From: Candidatus Altiarchaeota archaeon
Lineage (GTDB): Archaea; Altiarchaeota; Altiarchaeia; IMC4; SCGC-AAA252-I15
NCBI GenBank assembly: GCA_043800255.1
Contig: JAZDNF010000009.1
Coordinates: forward strand, 160,001-224,000
DNA length: 64,000 nt
Reading direction: 5' to 3'
Shown: positions 29,655 to 39,216 of the stretch, piece by piece
Layout of the letters: the number at the start of each line of letters is the position of its first letter
Numbering within the stretch: the stretch's first letter is position 1
Translations under genes and position numbers: made by a program
Notes under the pieces: model-generated
Database searches by the model: none
The model's input: the letters and a program-made list of their open reading frames with translations, nothing else
What the model was told of the DNA's origin: nothing

Positions 29655-30986
29655 CTAATTGACACCCCTAATCTCCTCGTACTTGTAATCATCAGCAATG
29701 TTGAGATAACCCCCTTGATACCCAAGGATATGGAGTAATAGCCTATCGATAAAATGGATGAGCCGGTGATTAATCTCAAGGTGTTCTTTAGTATCGTCAG
29801 GATACATCCCGCGATGTATGAAATGCTTTCTTAGCCCATACAATTCTTGCTCACCCTGTTTATACTCCATACCAAAATCTCCCATCAACTTGTTTATAGA
29901 GTCGGGTAATGTGGGGTAAGAATATCCCACTTCCTCGGCGATTTTTCTGATTGTTTCCTCCCCGAGATTATGGCTCGATGGTAGTATTTCATTTAGCTTT
30001 TTGATGTTTGACTTGGTTAGACTAGCTACTATTGGATTGCCATTTTTTTCGTAATACTGCTGTGCCTTGCTTGAAAGACATTCGAGGAGAATAAACCCGA
30101 AAAGACAACGAATATCCATAATTGAACCCGTTTTCATTAGCAGGTAATAGTCGATAATCACTGGAAGATTAAAAGAATCTTTGTATTTTAGATAATCCTC
30201 GTAGGTCTGCTCAACAAATTCTTTAATCTCCTCAGTAGGATGCTCGCGTATCAAAGAATCCAACCCATTGTAACGGTCAACTCTACGTATATAACTATTC
30301 TCCCCTATAACTTTCTCTCCATCAATTTTTCGCTCTATAAGCGGCACGATCGAATTACCCATCGCCAAAGATAGCAATATGCAGATATTTTTCACAATCT
30401 CAGACAAATGTTCGAATTCATCAAACCGTGCTTTTACAACGATTCTGGCCGTTATCGCAAAAGGATTGTCTTTCCTCTTCAAGCACTTCACAATATCTTC
30501 ATAATTCTGGATATGCTGAAACGTAAATTCGTATCCCTCAAGCGAAATAGTGAATCTATCTAATCGAGTAACCCCATCTGAATGTTTAGTGTAGTCGCAT
30601 CCGGTAAATACAAAATTACTTACGAGAAACTCTAACTTCTGCTCATCTGAATCCTTTGAATCCCGATCGATGGTCATAAAGTAGGCATTGTATATTTTTG
30701 GCAGAGGCTTTCCTCTCTTGAGGCCCCCTTTTGATGTTAAATAAAGCTCGTTAATCTTGATTCTCCTTCCATCTGACAAGATTCCTTCAAGAGATGCTTT
30801 CTCTGGTAACTCGTGAAAAAGTCCGTTCAATGCATCGGGCAGACTTGAATCGCCCTCCTTTTCATGAAAATGTACCTTTAAAGGCTTATCAATATAGCGA
30901 ATTACTTCAAATTGCCCCTCAGAGTCTCCTTCACGGGTTGATAGTTTACCTGTTCCCTCTATCTTGTCAATAATGTTTTGGCACAT
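29655..30986 (-). CDS. ApeA/YopA-like protein with C-terminal HEPN motif (putative RNase)
   Basis: Beta-rich N-terminus; LLECL helix; RKHFIH matches the Rx4H HEPN motif. Confidence 0.6.
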   Translation of the reverse strand: MCQNIIDKIEGTGKLSTREGDSEGQFEVIRYIDKPLKVHFHEKEGDSSLPDALNGLFHELPEKASLEGILSDGRRIKINELYLTSKGGLKRGKPLPKIYNAYFMTIDRDSKDSDEQKLEFLVSNFVFTGCDYTKHSDGVTRLDRFTISLEGYEFTFQHIQNYEDIVKCLKRKDNPFAITARIVVKARFDEFEHLSEIVKNICILLSLAMGNSIVPLIERKIDGEKVIGENSYIRRVDRYNGLDSLIREHPTEEIKEFVEQTYEDYLKYKDSFNLPVIIDYYLLMKTGSIMDIRCLFGFILLECLSSKAQQYYEKNGNPIVASLTKSNIKKLNEILPSSHNLGEETIRKIAEEVGYSYPTLPDSINKLMGDFGMEYKQGEQELYGLRKHFIHRGMYPDDTKEHLEINHRLIHFIDRLLLHILGYQGGYLNIADDYKYEEIRGVN

Positions 30987-31020
30987 TTCTTTTTACTCAC
31001 CTATTTTATCAGGCCACTAT

Positions 31021-32216
31021 TTAATTGTTCGATTTCAATGGTAAAGTCCCTTCCTTGAATTTTGTCTCTAGCCAGCCTCTGAATTCCTGGTTTTTGTACA
31101 GTTCTACGAAGAATTTTCTGGCTTCTTGTTCTTCCTGTTCAATTGCTCCGAGGGCTTCTGGGATTAGGGGCGTTGCGCATCGGTTGCAGAACCAGCCGTC
31201 TGGGGGGTTGACTTTGTTGCATTTGCTGCATTTCCTCGGTTCCCTGGTCTCTGTGTGTTCTTTGGGTTTGATGCCATTCATCCCCAATATAACGCTGTCT
31301 ACGTCCCGGCCGCTTAGGTGGACGTAGGTTGCTGCCATGTCTGAGCCCATTATCCACCCGAAGAAGGCGCAGAGCTGGCTTTCAGTCATTACTTTAGCGA
31401 GTTCCGTTGCCCGGCTGTGTCTGAAGTTGTGGGGGTAACATTTGTTTAATGGTATTCCTACTTGTATGCCTTTTTTCTTTATCATCTGCCGTATCGCGTC
31501 GTATCTAATGGGCTTCTTGTATTGGAAGTCTATCCATAGCGGGGAGTCAATGTCGTCGCCGTAGGGGTGGTTTCTGATCCAGACTCGCAGGTATGGTTCC
31601 GGCTCCAGGACGAGTATGCTTCTTGCTCCGGTCTTTCCTTTTTGTACGTGGACCCGAACCCCGTTTTCCTCAAACACTATGTCCTTTATCCGAAGCTCTC
31701 CCAGTTCCCCAACCCTTAATCCGCCATAATAAAGCAGGGGTATTATGGCCCGATCACGGTCGAACTTGCATGCCCTAATCAATTGGTCAACTTCCGAGAT
31801 TGACAGGAGCTGTTCTGGGAGTTTTTTGTCTCTTCTTTTGACCGAGCATTTTATGAAATCTACCTTTTCAGGGGGTTTGCCTCCGTTCATTACCTTGTAA
31901 AATTTCTTTAGGCAGACCTTCAGGTCTTTTTTGGTTTCTGCTGCGGAGTCGCAATAGTTTATCCCTATGACCAGCTCTCTGAGGTCTTTCTCTGTGGCGT
32001 CTGGGAAGTCGAATTTGTAATCTGTTAGGCGCATAAGCTTTCCGAACATGCCATAGTATTTGCGGATGCGCATTTCCCCGATATTCTCGGAGGCTAGCAG
32101 GTTGACGAACTCAGTTATTACGTCCTGTTTTTCTGGCTGATTTTTGGGTTTAGGTTGAACCGGTTCTTCTCATATCCTACCCCATATTTGCCCCGATATA
32201 TTGAGTTAGCGTCCAT
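31021..32216 (-). pseudogene. Tyrosine recombinase/integrase with C-terminal Zn ribbon, frameshifted near the N-terminus (main ORF 31021-32073)
   Basis: GLRVGEL, KGKTG, HNFRHSRAT, FFGW, TYVHL and CSKC..CNRC; the N-terminal 32 codons (32118-32216) are in another frame. Confidence 0.8.
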
Positions 32217-32430
32217 TTTCCCTCAAACACCTGCAGGCATCATCCCAAGACAGCCCACAGCCCCTGATAAGCCGCCTGAACAACAATATATGCTCCGGGA
32301 GGGCCTTCTCCAACAAAACCTCAAAATCCTCATCCACACAAACATACAGGAAGCCAAACCACTTGTCAGTATCGAACAACCCAGACGGCCCGAAATTAAG
32401 CTCCCGGCTGCTAAACGCTAAACTAGCCAT
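32206..32430 (-). CDS. Small hypothetical protein coupled to the integrase
   Basis: Its 3' end overlaps the integrase ATG at 32216. Confidence 0.45.
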   Translation of the reverse strand: MASLAFSSRELNFGPSGLFDTDKWFGFLYVCVDEDFEVLLEKALPEHILLFRRLIRGCGLSWDDACRCLRENGR

Positions 32431-32731
32431 TATCCCACGTACACCACGTGAGGCACACAACTATAAAAACGACTAGGGTTCCGACAAGAAGAGTGAGATC
32501 TTGATTTGTTTCCAGAGGAGTAGCTCGGCTTCAAATCCGATAGGGGATAATATCCATGGTTGCGACTTGTGGTATGGGCACGGGTATGTTATAGCCTATT
32601 CTCTCTTTTCGTTGAGTAATACTAACCGAGAAGATAATTTATATGTCCCAGTACCATTTCTAGCTATATGGCCAAAAAAATAACCTTTTTAGCCAAAACA
32701 AAAGTAAAGAAAAGAGTTTCTTTTAGGTCAG

Positions 32732-33391
32732 GTGGAAGAAAGATATCCTTTACTGCAAAATTGCCTTCTAGGAGGAGGAAAAGAGTTACATTTTATGCAA
32801 GATGATAAAATGACACTGAATGTTTATATAGACTCTGATGTTATGATCGCTTCAGAAATTAAAGATGAACAGAATCATGTAGAATCCAAAAAGTTTATGG
32901 ATTATATTATAAAAAGTAGGGGGGAGGATATAAAATTTTTTACTTCCCAGTACACGTTCGTCGAGCTAGCTTCTGCAATGATTCGCAGAACAAAAAAATC
33001 GGATAAGGCATATTCACTACTATATCGTGTAAGAAACTCCTGGAAGAAATTTATTAATCCGTTACCACCCATGGAAAAAATGACCTCCTTCTCAAACTTA
33101 GTAGATAATCTCATAGAAACTGCGATTGGTTTTAAAACACCTGCAGGAGATACCATTCATGCCCATACCTTTGCTGAATATGAGATGGATTATCTTATAA
33201 CTTGGAATATAAAACACTTTGTTGGAATGAGAAGGAAAATAAAAAATATAAAACTTTTAACACCTACGAACGTCCTAAAAGAATTTGAGAAAATTCAGGA
33301 CGGGATACTTCCAAAAAAAGATAAGTATATCCTTAAGGAGACTCTAACAAGATTACTTGAGGAAAGGAATAAGTTAGTGCATCGTAAGTAA
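32732..33391 (+). CDS. PIN-domain protein (real start probably about 32795-32810)
   Basis: YIDSDV, TSQYTFVEL, GDTIHA and ITWNIKHF. Confidence 0.85.
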   Translation: MEERYPLLQNCLLGGGKELHFMQDDKMTLNVYIDSDVMIASEIKDEQNHVESKKFMDYIIKSRGEDIKFFTSQYTFVELASAMIRRTKKSDKAYSLLYRVRNSWKKFINPLPPMEKMTSFSNLVDNLIETAIGFKTPAGDTIHAHTFAEYEMDYLITWNIKHFVGMRRKIKNIKLLTPTNVLKEFEKIQDGILPKKDKYILKETLTRLLEERNKLVHRK

Positions 33392-33424
33392 TACTATAGG
33401 GTGTATACCCGGGGGGAACATTAG

Positions 33425-33919
33425 ATGATAAACTGGCAATACTATCCTAAGTCAGATGATATACCTGCAGCAGTAAAACGTGTTATCGACTGTTTTGAAA
33501 AGTCCAGAGAGAATATAGGGTCGCCAAAAAAGCACCTTCAAAGCAATGAAGTACTGGGCCACATACGAGACAATCTCATAGACATAGGGTTCAAGGTCGA
33601 AGGCCCGGAAAGGATAGTAGTACCTGTCCTCTTTGGCATGAACGGGAAGCTTGAGAAATCCTTCCAGGCAGACGCATACAACGAGAAAGACTCTATAGTC
33701 CTAGAGGTAGAGGCTGGGCGTGGCGTCCTTAACAACCAATTCCTTAAAGACCTCTTCCAGGCTTGCATGATGCACGATGTCAAATACCTGGCCGTAGCAG
33801 TGAGGAACAATTACAAGGGCAATAAGGACTTTGGGACAGTAATCGGTTTCTTTGACACACTCTACGCCAGTAGGAGGTTGACACTACCACTAAACGGGAT
33901 ATTAGTAATAGGGTACTAA
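33425..33919 (+). CDS. PD-(D/E)xK restriction-endonuclease-like protein (BglII/BstYI-like)
   Basis: ADAY...VLEVEAGR...NQFLKDL; located next to vsr and dcm. Confidence 0.65.
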   Translation: MINWQYYPKSDDIPAAVKRVIDCFEKSRENIGSPKKHLQSNEVLGHIRDNLIDIGFKVEGPERIVVPVLFGMNGKLEKSFQADAYNEKDSIVLEVEAGRGVLNNQFLKDLFQACMMHDVKYLAVAVRNNYKGNKDFGTVIGFFDTLYASRRLTLPLNGILVIGY

Positions 33920-33961
33920 GCTGTAACACCACTCGATACAACAGTCCTTGGGGATGCTTAT

Positions 33962-34387
33962 ATGACGGCTAAGTTCACTAAACTATCGCCACCATCTAAG
34001 GCCACGACGAATGTCATGAAGGCCAACAGGCCGGAGGACACTCAACCTGAGCTTATCATGCGTCAGGCACTCCGTAAGGTCGGATTAGGTGGCTATCGGC
34101 TGCATTGGGACGTCCCTGGAAAGCCTGACATAGCCTACCCCGACAAGAAAATTGCTATCTTCGTCCACGGGTGCTTCTGGCATAGATGTCCCTACTGCAA
34201 GTACCCTATGCCAAAGACCAATAGGGCATACTGGGCATGGAAGTTCAGGAGGAACATAAAACGGGACAAGAGGAAGAAGGCCGAGCTTAAGAGATTAGGC
34301 TGGAGAGTATTGAATTTTTGGGAATGCAAGGTGAAGAAGAATACGGATAGATGTGTTGAGAGGGTGAGGGCTTCAATAATTAGATGA
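33962..34387 (+). CDS. vsr: Very short patch repair endonuclease
   Basis: DTQPEL, PGKPDI, FVHGCFWH, NIKRD and LGWRVL.FWEC. Confidence 0.95.
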   Translation: MTAKFTKLSPPSKATTNVMKANRPEDTQPELIMRQALRKVGLGGYRLHWDVPGKPDIAYPDKKIAIFVHGCFWHRCPYCKYPMPKTNRAYWAWKFRRNIKRDKRKKAELKRLGWRVLNFWECKVKKNTDRCVERVRASIIR

Positions 34388-34475
34388 CTCTAGGCCATAA
34401 ACGTACGTTTAATTACCACCCGGTCAGGGGGTTCTTTTAGTATATATTCCAGATATAACTATCGTATAGTTATGG

Positions 34476-35564
34476 GTGGTCATCATGGTCAGCATTGAAG
34501 GTATTGAACCTGTAGAGCAACTTTTCCATAATGTTCGTATTAATGTTTATCCTAAAAAAGTTCGTTTTGAGGATATTAAGTTCTGGAAAGAGAACCTTAG
34601 GACACTTCTAGCTTTTGAACTGCTCGAAAAGGAGAGTAATAAGTCATTAGATGAGCTGACATTAAAAGAGATTACAGAATTTTTAGCTAAGAAAAGGGAA
34701 TTAGCGCTAGAGAAATTAGCTAAATCAATTGAAAGAAATGGAGTGCGTGTGCCGCTGATAATTCTACAAGATGGAACCTTGTTGGATGGGAACCGTAGGT
34801 ATTTTGCTTGTCAGCATTTACTACAAACAAGTGAGTCGAGACCATCTGCCTTAGATTCTATTCCCGTCTGGGTCATTAGAAACTCGGATATTGATGAACG
34901 AAAAAAACAGAAGATACTTGCGGAGGCAAACTTTTTACCAGAAGAGAAAGTCGAGTGGCCATTAGAGGTGAGAGCGAAAGTTATCTATGACTGTGTCACG
35001 TCATGTAAGCAGAGTGGAATGTCAAGGGAAGAGGTATACAAGGAGGTAACTGACCTGTATGGTGTTGATAAAGATACGGTGGACGCATATCTAGATGCAA
35101 TGAAGTTATCAAAGGAGTTCGTGAGGTCTGCGCCTCGAGCTAAAAGAGATTCATACCGAGAAATTGTTCAGGATAAGTTCGTGTATTTCTGGGAGTTCAG
35201 GAACAAGGCATTTACGAAGAAACTTAACTTGAACAAGAGAACGGAATTGCCTAAGGTTAAAAAGATATTTTATTCCATGGTGGCAAATGACCTTTTCAAA
35301 AACCTGAAGCAGGTAGAGCCGATGGCACGTGCCATTAGGGATAGGAGACAATGGGGGATATTACGTGATTCTAATGGTGCCAAGATAGACCAAGTAGAAG
35401 CGTTGTATAAGAGCGAAAAGGCCATTCGGTCTGCAGAAGACAAAATCAGAAACTTCAATAGCTGGTTGAATGAACTAAACACCAAGGCACTTTCTGAGGT
35501 TTCTATTACTCTGCTAAAGAAAACGATTGAAAAATGCCAGGGTATCTTAAAAAGAAGGGTATAA
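34476..35564 (+). CDS. ParB/Srx N-terminal domain protein with HTH-like and helical C-terminus
   Basis: ENLR, SIERNGVRVPLII, LLDGNRRY and KVEW. Confidence 0.8.
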   Translation: MVIMVSIEGIEPVEQLFHNVRINVYPKKVRFEDIKFWKENLRTLLAFELLEKESNKSLDELTLKEITEFLAKKRELALEKLAKSIERNGVRVPLIILQDGTLLDGNRRYFACQHLLQTSESRPSALDSIPVWVIRNSDIDERKKQKILAEANFLPEEKVEWPLEVRAKVIYDCVTSCKQSGMSREEVYKEVTDLYGVDKDTVDAYLDAMKLSKEFVRSAPRAKRDSYREIVQDKFVYFWEFRNKAFTKKLNLNKRTELPKVKKIFYSMVANDLFKNLKQVEPMARAIRDRRQWGILRDSNGAKIDQVEALYKSEKAIRSAEDKIRNFNSWLNELNTKALSEVSITLLKKTIEKCQGILKRRV

Positions 35565-35567
35565 AGG

Positions 35568-36728
35568 ATGTCACCAAAAAGGATCCTAGTATTTGCTGGC
35601 ACGAAGTCTCAGACCGGCATTGCAACATTGAGGAGGTTCCCGGGTCTTGAACTTGAAGGAGTAAATGATTTTGATGATATTGCTAGGATGATAACAACAG
35701 AGCCAGCATTAGCAATATTGCCTCTTTGGAACTCCCATGAGGGGGAAATACCAAAGACAAACGTTTTGGATATGGTCTTTGAGAGAGACGTTAAGATCCA
35801 AGAGTTATGGTCTAAGGAGATAACGTTTGAGTTGATATGTAGGCCAGGAACGGCAGAGAAAAACATAAAAAAAGTCATCTCCGTTCGTGTTGCAAAAAGC
35901 CAATGTAGTGAATACCTTGCAGGCAAGGATTTTCAAGAGATGAAATCTACTGTAGAAGCATATAAAGAATTCGAAAAAAGCGAAAACTTTGATGCTGTTC
36001 TTTGCCCCCCAGACCTTTACGAACAAGGCAAGTTCATCCAATTGAGAAACGATGTTTCGAATCCTGCGAACTTCACTACCTTTGGGTTATTGGGTAATGT
36101 AAATTGGAAGCATTGGAGCGGCAAATCCTGGGCACCTTTACGAAGTTATGGGCTGCCTAAGTCATTTATACTCTCAGGGATTGAGATGTCAATCCCATCG
36201 CCTTCTGGACTTTCAGAGGATCAACAAGACTTATTTGACGATATGACCCTGGGAGTGAATCACTTAGATGAGATACCACGGATTATTTTTATTGCGAGAC
36301 GAGGGAGCAGTAGGTGCGGCTTGATATTAGAATCAAAAACGTATACTGACGTATTAATACCCTCTGGTGATAATGGCACTCTTACAGACATTCAAGTAAA
36401 AGAGGAGTTAGGCGAAACAAAAGATTCTTATGTCGGTAACATACTCAATTTTATGGAGGGTAAATTCCCGAACCTTCTAAAGCATGATTTCATTAAGCAT
36501 TTAGGCCACAACACTTGCCTATTTGCATGCCCAACCTTAAATGTTATAACCCATGGTTTTGAGGAAAACCTAACGGAGATGATAGTAAGGAGGACAATTA
36601 ATAAATATTTTGAATTAATAGACAACGGTGTGCCTTGTTCGGATGCTCAGAGGAGACTATTCGAGAAGTATAAACAGAATTACTACGATAAAGGTTTGGG
36701 CTTTATTAATTTCATCAAGGCATGCTAA
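35568..36728 (+). CDS. Prephenate-dehydratase-fold protein with altered active-site motifs and unknown C-terminal region
   Basis: LPLWNSHEG ~ VPIENSxEG; VISVRVAKSQC ~ VYSHPQALAQC; STVEA ~ STAEA; NFTTF ~ NxTRF. Confidence 0.7.
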   Translation: MSPKRILVFAGTKSQTGIATLRRFPGLELEGVNDFDDIARMITTEPALAILPLWNSHEGEIPKTNVLDMVFERDVKIQELWSKEITFELICRPGTAEKNIKKVISVRVAKSQCSEYLAGKDFQEMKSTVEAYKEFEKSENFDAVLCPPDLYEQGKFIQLRNDVSNPANFTTFGLLGNVNWKHWSGKSWAPLRSYGLPKSFILSGIEMSIPSPSGLSEDQQDLFDDMTLGVNHLDEIPRIIFIARRGSSRCGLILESKTYTDVLIPSGDNGTLTDIQVKEELGETKDSYVGNILNFMEGKFPNLLKHDFIKHLGHNTCLFACPTLNVITHGFEENLTEMIVRRTINKYFELIDNGVPCSDAQRRLFEKYKQNYYDKGLGFINFIKAC

Positions 36729-36766
36729 TGTTGTAAGTAAATCCGATGATCTTTTTATCGTTATGC

Positions 36767-37882
36767 TTACATGGAGTGGAGTATACTCTTCCCTATAGCA
36801 TTTGCCAATTTTACCGGGACAGCATTGCCTATTTGTTTGTATTTTTGGGTCAGGCTTCCCTTAAAAACCCATCCTGGGGGGAATCCTTGAACTAGCGCGC
36901 ATTCTCGGTAGGTAAGTGGGCGGGGCTTGTCGGGGTGACAGAGGTTTGTGGCTCGCCCTGAAGGTGTGGTCAGGATTGTTGGGGATGGCTTGTCCCAGGA
37001 TAGCCTGCGGCAGAAGCCGACCTTCCCGCCAGTTGCGTGCCAGCCCTTGCCCATGACCTTTTTTTGCAGCCTGACAGGCAACGCTTTCCAGTTTTCCCCT
37101 GGGCCGACGAGCCCTTTAGAGAATATCTCATGCCGAGTGTCATCATAAGGCAAGTAGTCCACATGTTCCCTTTCACGTAATCCTCGTAAACGCCTTATTG
37201 CTTTCTTAAGTGGCAGATGGTTGTTGTAGTATCTTGCCTTTGGCTTGGCTAGGTCATAGCCCTTCTTGGCCCCTACGATGAAGACACGTTTTCTTAATTG
37301 CGGCGCCCCATAGTCAGCAGCGTTCAACTCCCACATGTGTATCCGGTAGCTGTCCTTCCCTTTATTGCTGAGCGTAAGGTTGAACTCAGCCATGATGGCA
37401 TCCCATGCAGAGCCGAGGCGTTCGTCTTCTGAAAGCCCAGCGCCTTGAGTCCGACGTTTTTCGAGTGGCCTGTGCTTTTTCGCGGCGGATAATATGCCCC
37501 TCACGTTCTCAAAGATGAAGAACTCAGGCCTAATGCCCCAGACTATGTCCAAAAAGTTCTTGAACAACAGGCCCTCCTCGGAAGAGATTGACTGCCTCCG
37601 CCCGACAGTGCTGAATGGCTGGCAAGGGGGACCGCCAGAGACTACTGCGACTTGGCCTTTTTCCAGGCCAGCGATCGTAAGTATCTCCTTGACATTGACG
37701 CCTCTTATATCCTTATTGAGGATACAGTCCCGGAGGCCAGGCCTATTGGCAATGATTGTCTGTACAGCAGTCGGATCCTTCTCGACGCACGCCCGAACAT
37801 TGAAGCCGGCCTGTTCAAGCCCAAGGTCAAGGCCAAAAGCACCTGTAAACAGCGAGACTACCGTTGGTTCCATCAAAGCCAC
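36767..37882 (-). CDS. dcm: DNA (cytosine-5)-methyltransferase
   Basis: SLFTGAFG, GGPPCQ, ENV, QLRKRVF, RECALVQGFP and QIGNAVP. Confidence 0.95.
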   Translation of the reverse strand: MALMEPTVVSLFTGAFGLDLGLEQAGFNVRACVEKDPTAVQTIIANRPGLRDCILNKDIRGVNVKEILTIAGLEKGQVAVVSGGPPCQPFSTVGRRQSISSEEGLLFKNFLDIVWGIRPEFFIFENVRGILSAAKKHRPLEKRRTQGAGLSEDERLGSAWDAIMAEFNLTLSNKGKDSYRIHMWELNAADYGAPQLRKRVFIVGAKKGYDLAKPKARYYNNHLPLKKAIRRLRGLREREHVDYLPYDDTRHEIFSKGLVGPGENWKALPVRLQKKVMGKGWHATGGKVGFCRRLSWDKPSPTILTTPSGRATNLCHPDKPRPLTYRECALVQGFPPGWVFKGSLTQKYKQIGNAVPVKLANAIGKSILHSM

Positions 37883-37906
37883 TTATTGAATGTTGAATAA
37901 TCAGCC

Positions 37907-37933
37907 AACTCATAACTAATTAGGTTATGGGTT
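37907..37933. promoter_or_regulatory. Imperfect palindromic operator next to the dcm TATA box
   Basis: AACTCATAAC-TAATTAG-GTTATGGGTT; minus-strand TATAAATAA at 37932-37940. Confidence 0.5.
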
Positions 37934-38016
37934 ATTTATACATATTAGGTCGGAGCTTTGATCTTATCACGTATTCTACGGCTCAATCTGTTTTGGGTTC
38001 GTAATCGACAAGTGGT

Positions 38017-38556
38017 TTGGCGTCTATATCCTTGTTTATGAAGAAGGTTACTGGTGTTGGGTATGGGCGAGTTGATTTTGATAAGGTGGTGCATGCAAAA
38101 CGGGGTTTAAGCGAGGGGTACATTGATATCCTCTTGAGGAATGGCTATAGACAGATTCGGGATCCTGGGTTTTCTCAGGGTATGGGAACCGCTTATTATA
38201 TCATGAATTTGACTGATGAATCGGACGAGCATTTCATGTTATGTAACCTCCTGCTTGATGAAATCCGGAGGTATACTCCCAGGGCGGAGTATGCTCTTAC
38301 TATGTTGCCGGACATTACCTTCGGCTTGGATGATGGTCGCTGGGTGGCTGTGGAAATCGAAGACAAGCGGAAGAGCGAGGAAGAGCTAGCACCCAAGCTG
38401 ACTAAGATGAGCAACTATAACGATTTCTTCTATGTGGTCACGGACTGGGAGCTTCTGGAGCATTACAGGGAATACGGGCCAACCTTCACCAGAAGGTCTG
38501 TCCGGGACAAAATACGCTCATATTTTCGAGGCGAATCCCAGGCCCTAAATGAGTGA
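38017..38556 (+). CDS. Hypothetical PD-(D/E)xK-like protein
   Basis: ESDEH...LPDITF...VAVEIE. Confidence 0.5.
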   Translation: MASISLFMKKVTGVGYGRVDFDKVVHAKRGLSEGYIDILLRNGYRQIRDPGFSQGMGTAYYIMNLTDESDEHFMLCNLLLDEIRRYTPRAEYALTMLPDITFGLDDGRWVAVEIEDKRKSEEELAPKLTKMSNYNDFFYVVTDWELLEHYREYGPTFTRRSVRDKIRSYFRGESQALNE

Positions 38557-38843
38557 TTAGGGAGTAAATCAAGCTCATTTTCAAACAAAAGCCAACCAAC
38601 GAGTAGATTCTATTCCCTAGAGCTACTCCAACTGCTTTATCAGCTAAACAAGAAGCAAAGCAAAGACTTCCCTGGAGGTATATGTCTACCCCTATCTGGC
38701 GGAGAGTCTATTCCCTACCAGGCTGTTTACTCGAAAACTGGTTCAGTGTCAAAAATACTGGGGCCCCGAAAATCAATAAGTTTTTAAGCTTATGTTCACA
38801 TGTTATACTACTTAATTATGTTAAGTATAAGAGGTGGTTATAA

Positions 38844-39062
38844 ATGAGTAACAAAAACTTGGAAAAAATAAGGGAGGTAGTCAGAACGGAGTGCAATGAG
38901 GAGGGATGCACTATTGGAGAGTTGGCACAAAGGGCAGGCGTTTCACGAAACACTGCACGAGCATATTCGGAAAGGCTGATCGGGGAAGGATACGTAAAAG
39001 TGAGGGAAGTAGGCCCAGCGAAGTTACTTAAATATAATCCCCACTCTGAGAGGGAAAGATAG
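38844..39062 (+). CDS. Small winged-helix DNA-binding protein
   Basis: TIGELAQRAGVSRNTARAY..L...G.V; GAGGTG RBS. Confidence 0.85.
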   Translation: MSNKNLEKIREVVRTECNEEGCTIGELAQRAGVSRNTARAYSERLIGEGYVKVREVGPAKLLKYNPHSERER

Positions 39063-39063
39063 A

Positions 39064-39216
39064 ATGGACGAGAAAAAAATCGAGCAACTATTTGATGCCG
39101 TATGCGGGAAAAAAAGAGATAGATGCACCTGTAAATTAGTAGGTGAAACAGGACAGGTTGACTTGATACCCATCGAGAGCACCAAGATAGTATGTGAGAG
39201 GATAATCTTCCCTTGA
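39064..39216 (+). CDS. Putative 50-aa Cys-containing protein (not in the ORF track)
   Basis: MDEKKIEQLFDAVCGKKRDRCTCKLVGE...; starts 1 nt after the wHTH stop. Confidence 0.5.
   Translation: MDEKKIEQLFDAVCGKKRDRCTCKLVGETGQVDLIPIESTKIVCERIIFP

Noticed and set aside
32155-32683. Plus-strand ORFs 32155-32421 and 32501-32683
   Set aside because: The first overlaps the integrase N-terminus and its coupled ORF on the other strand. Neither has a recognisable motif.
35568-36728. Housekeeping pheA call
   Set aside because: The catalytic motifs are altered, the C-terminus is atypical, and the gene lies in an island.
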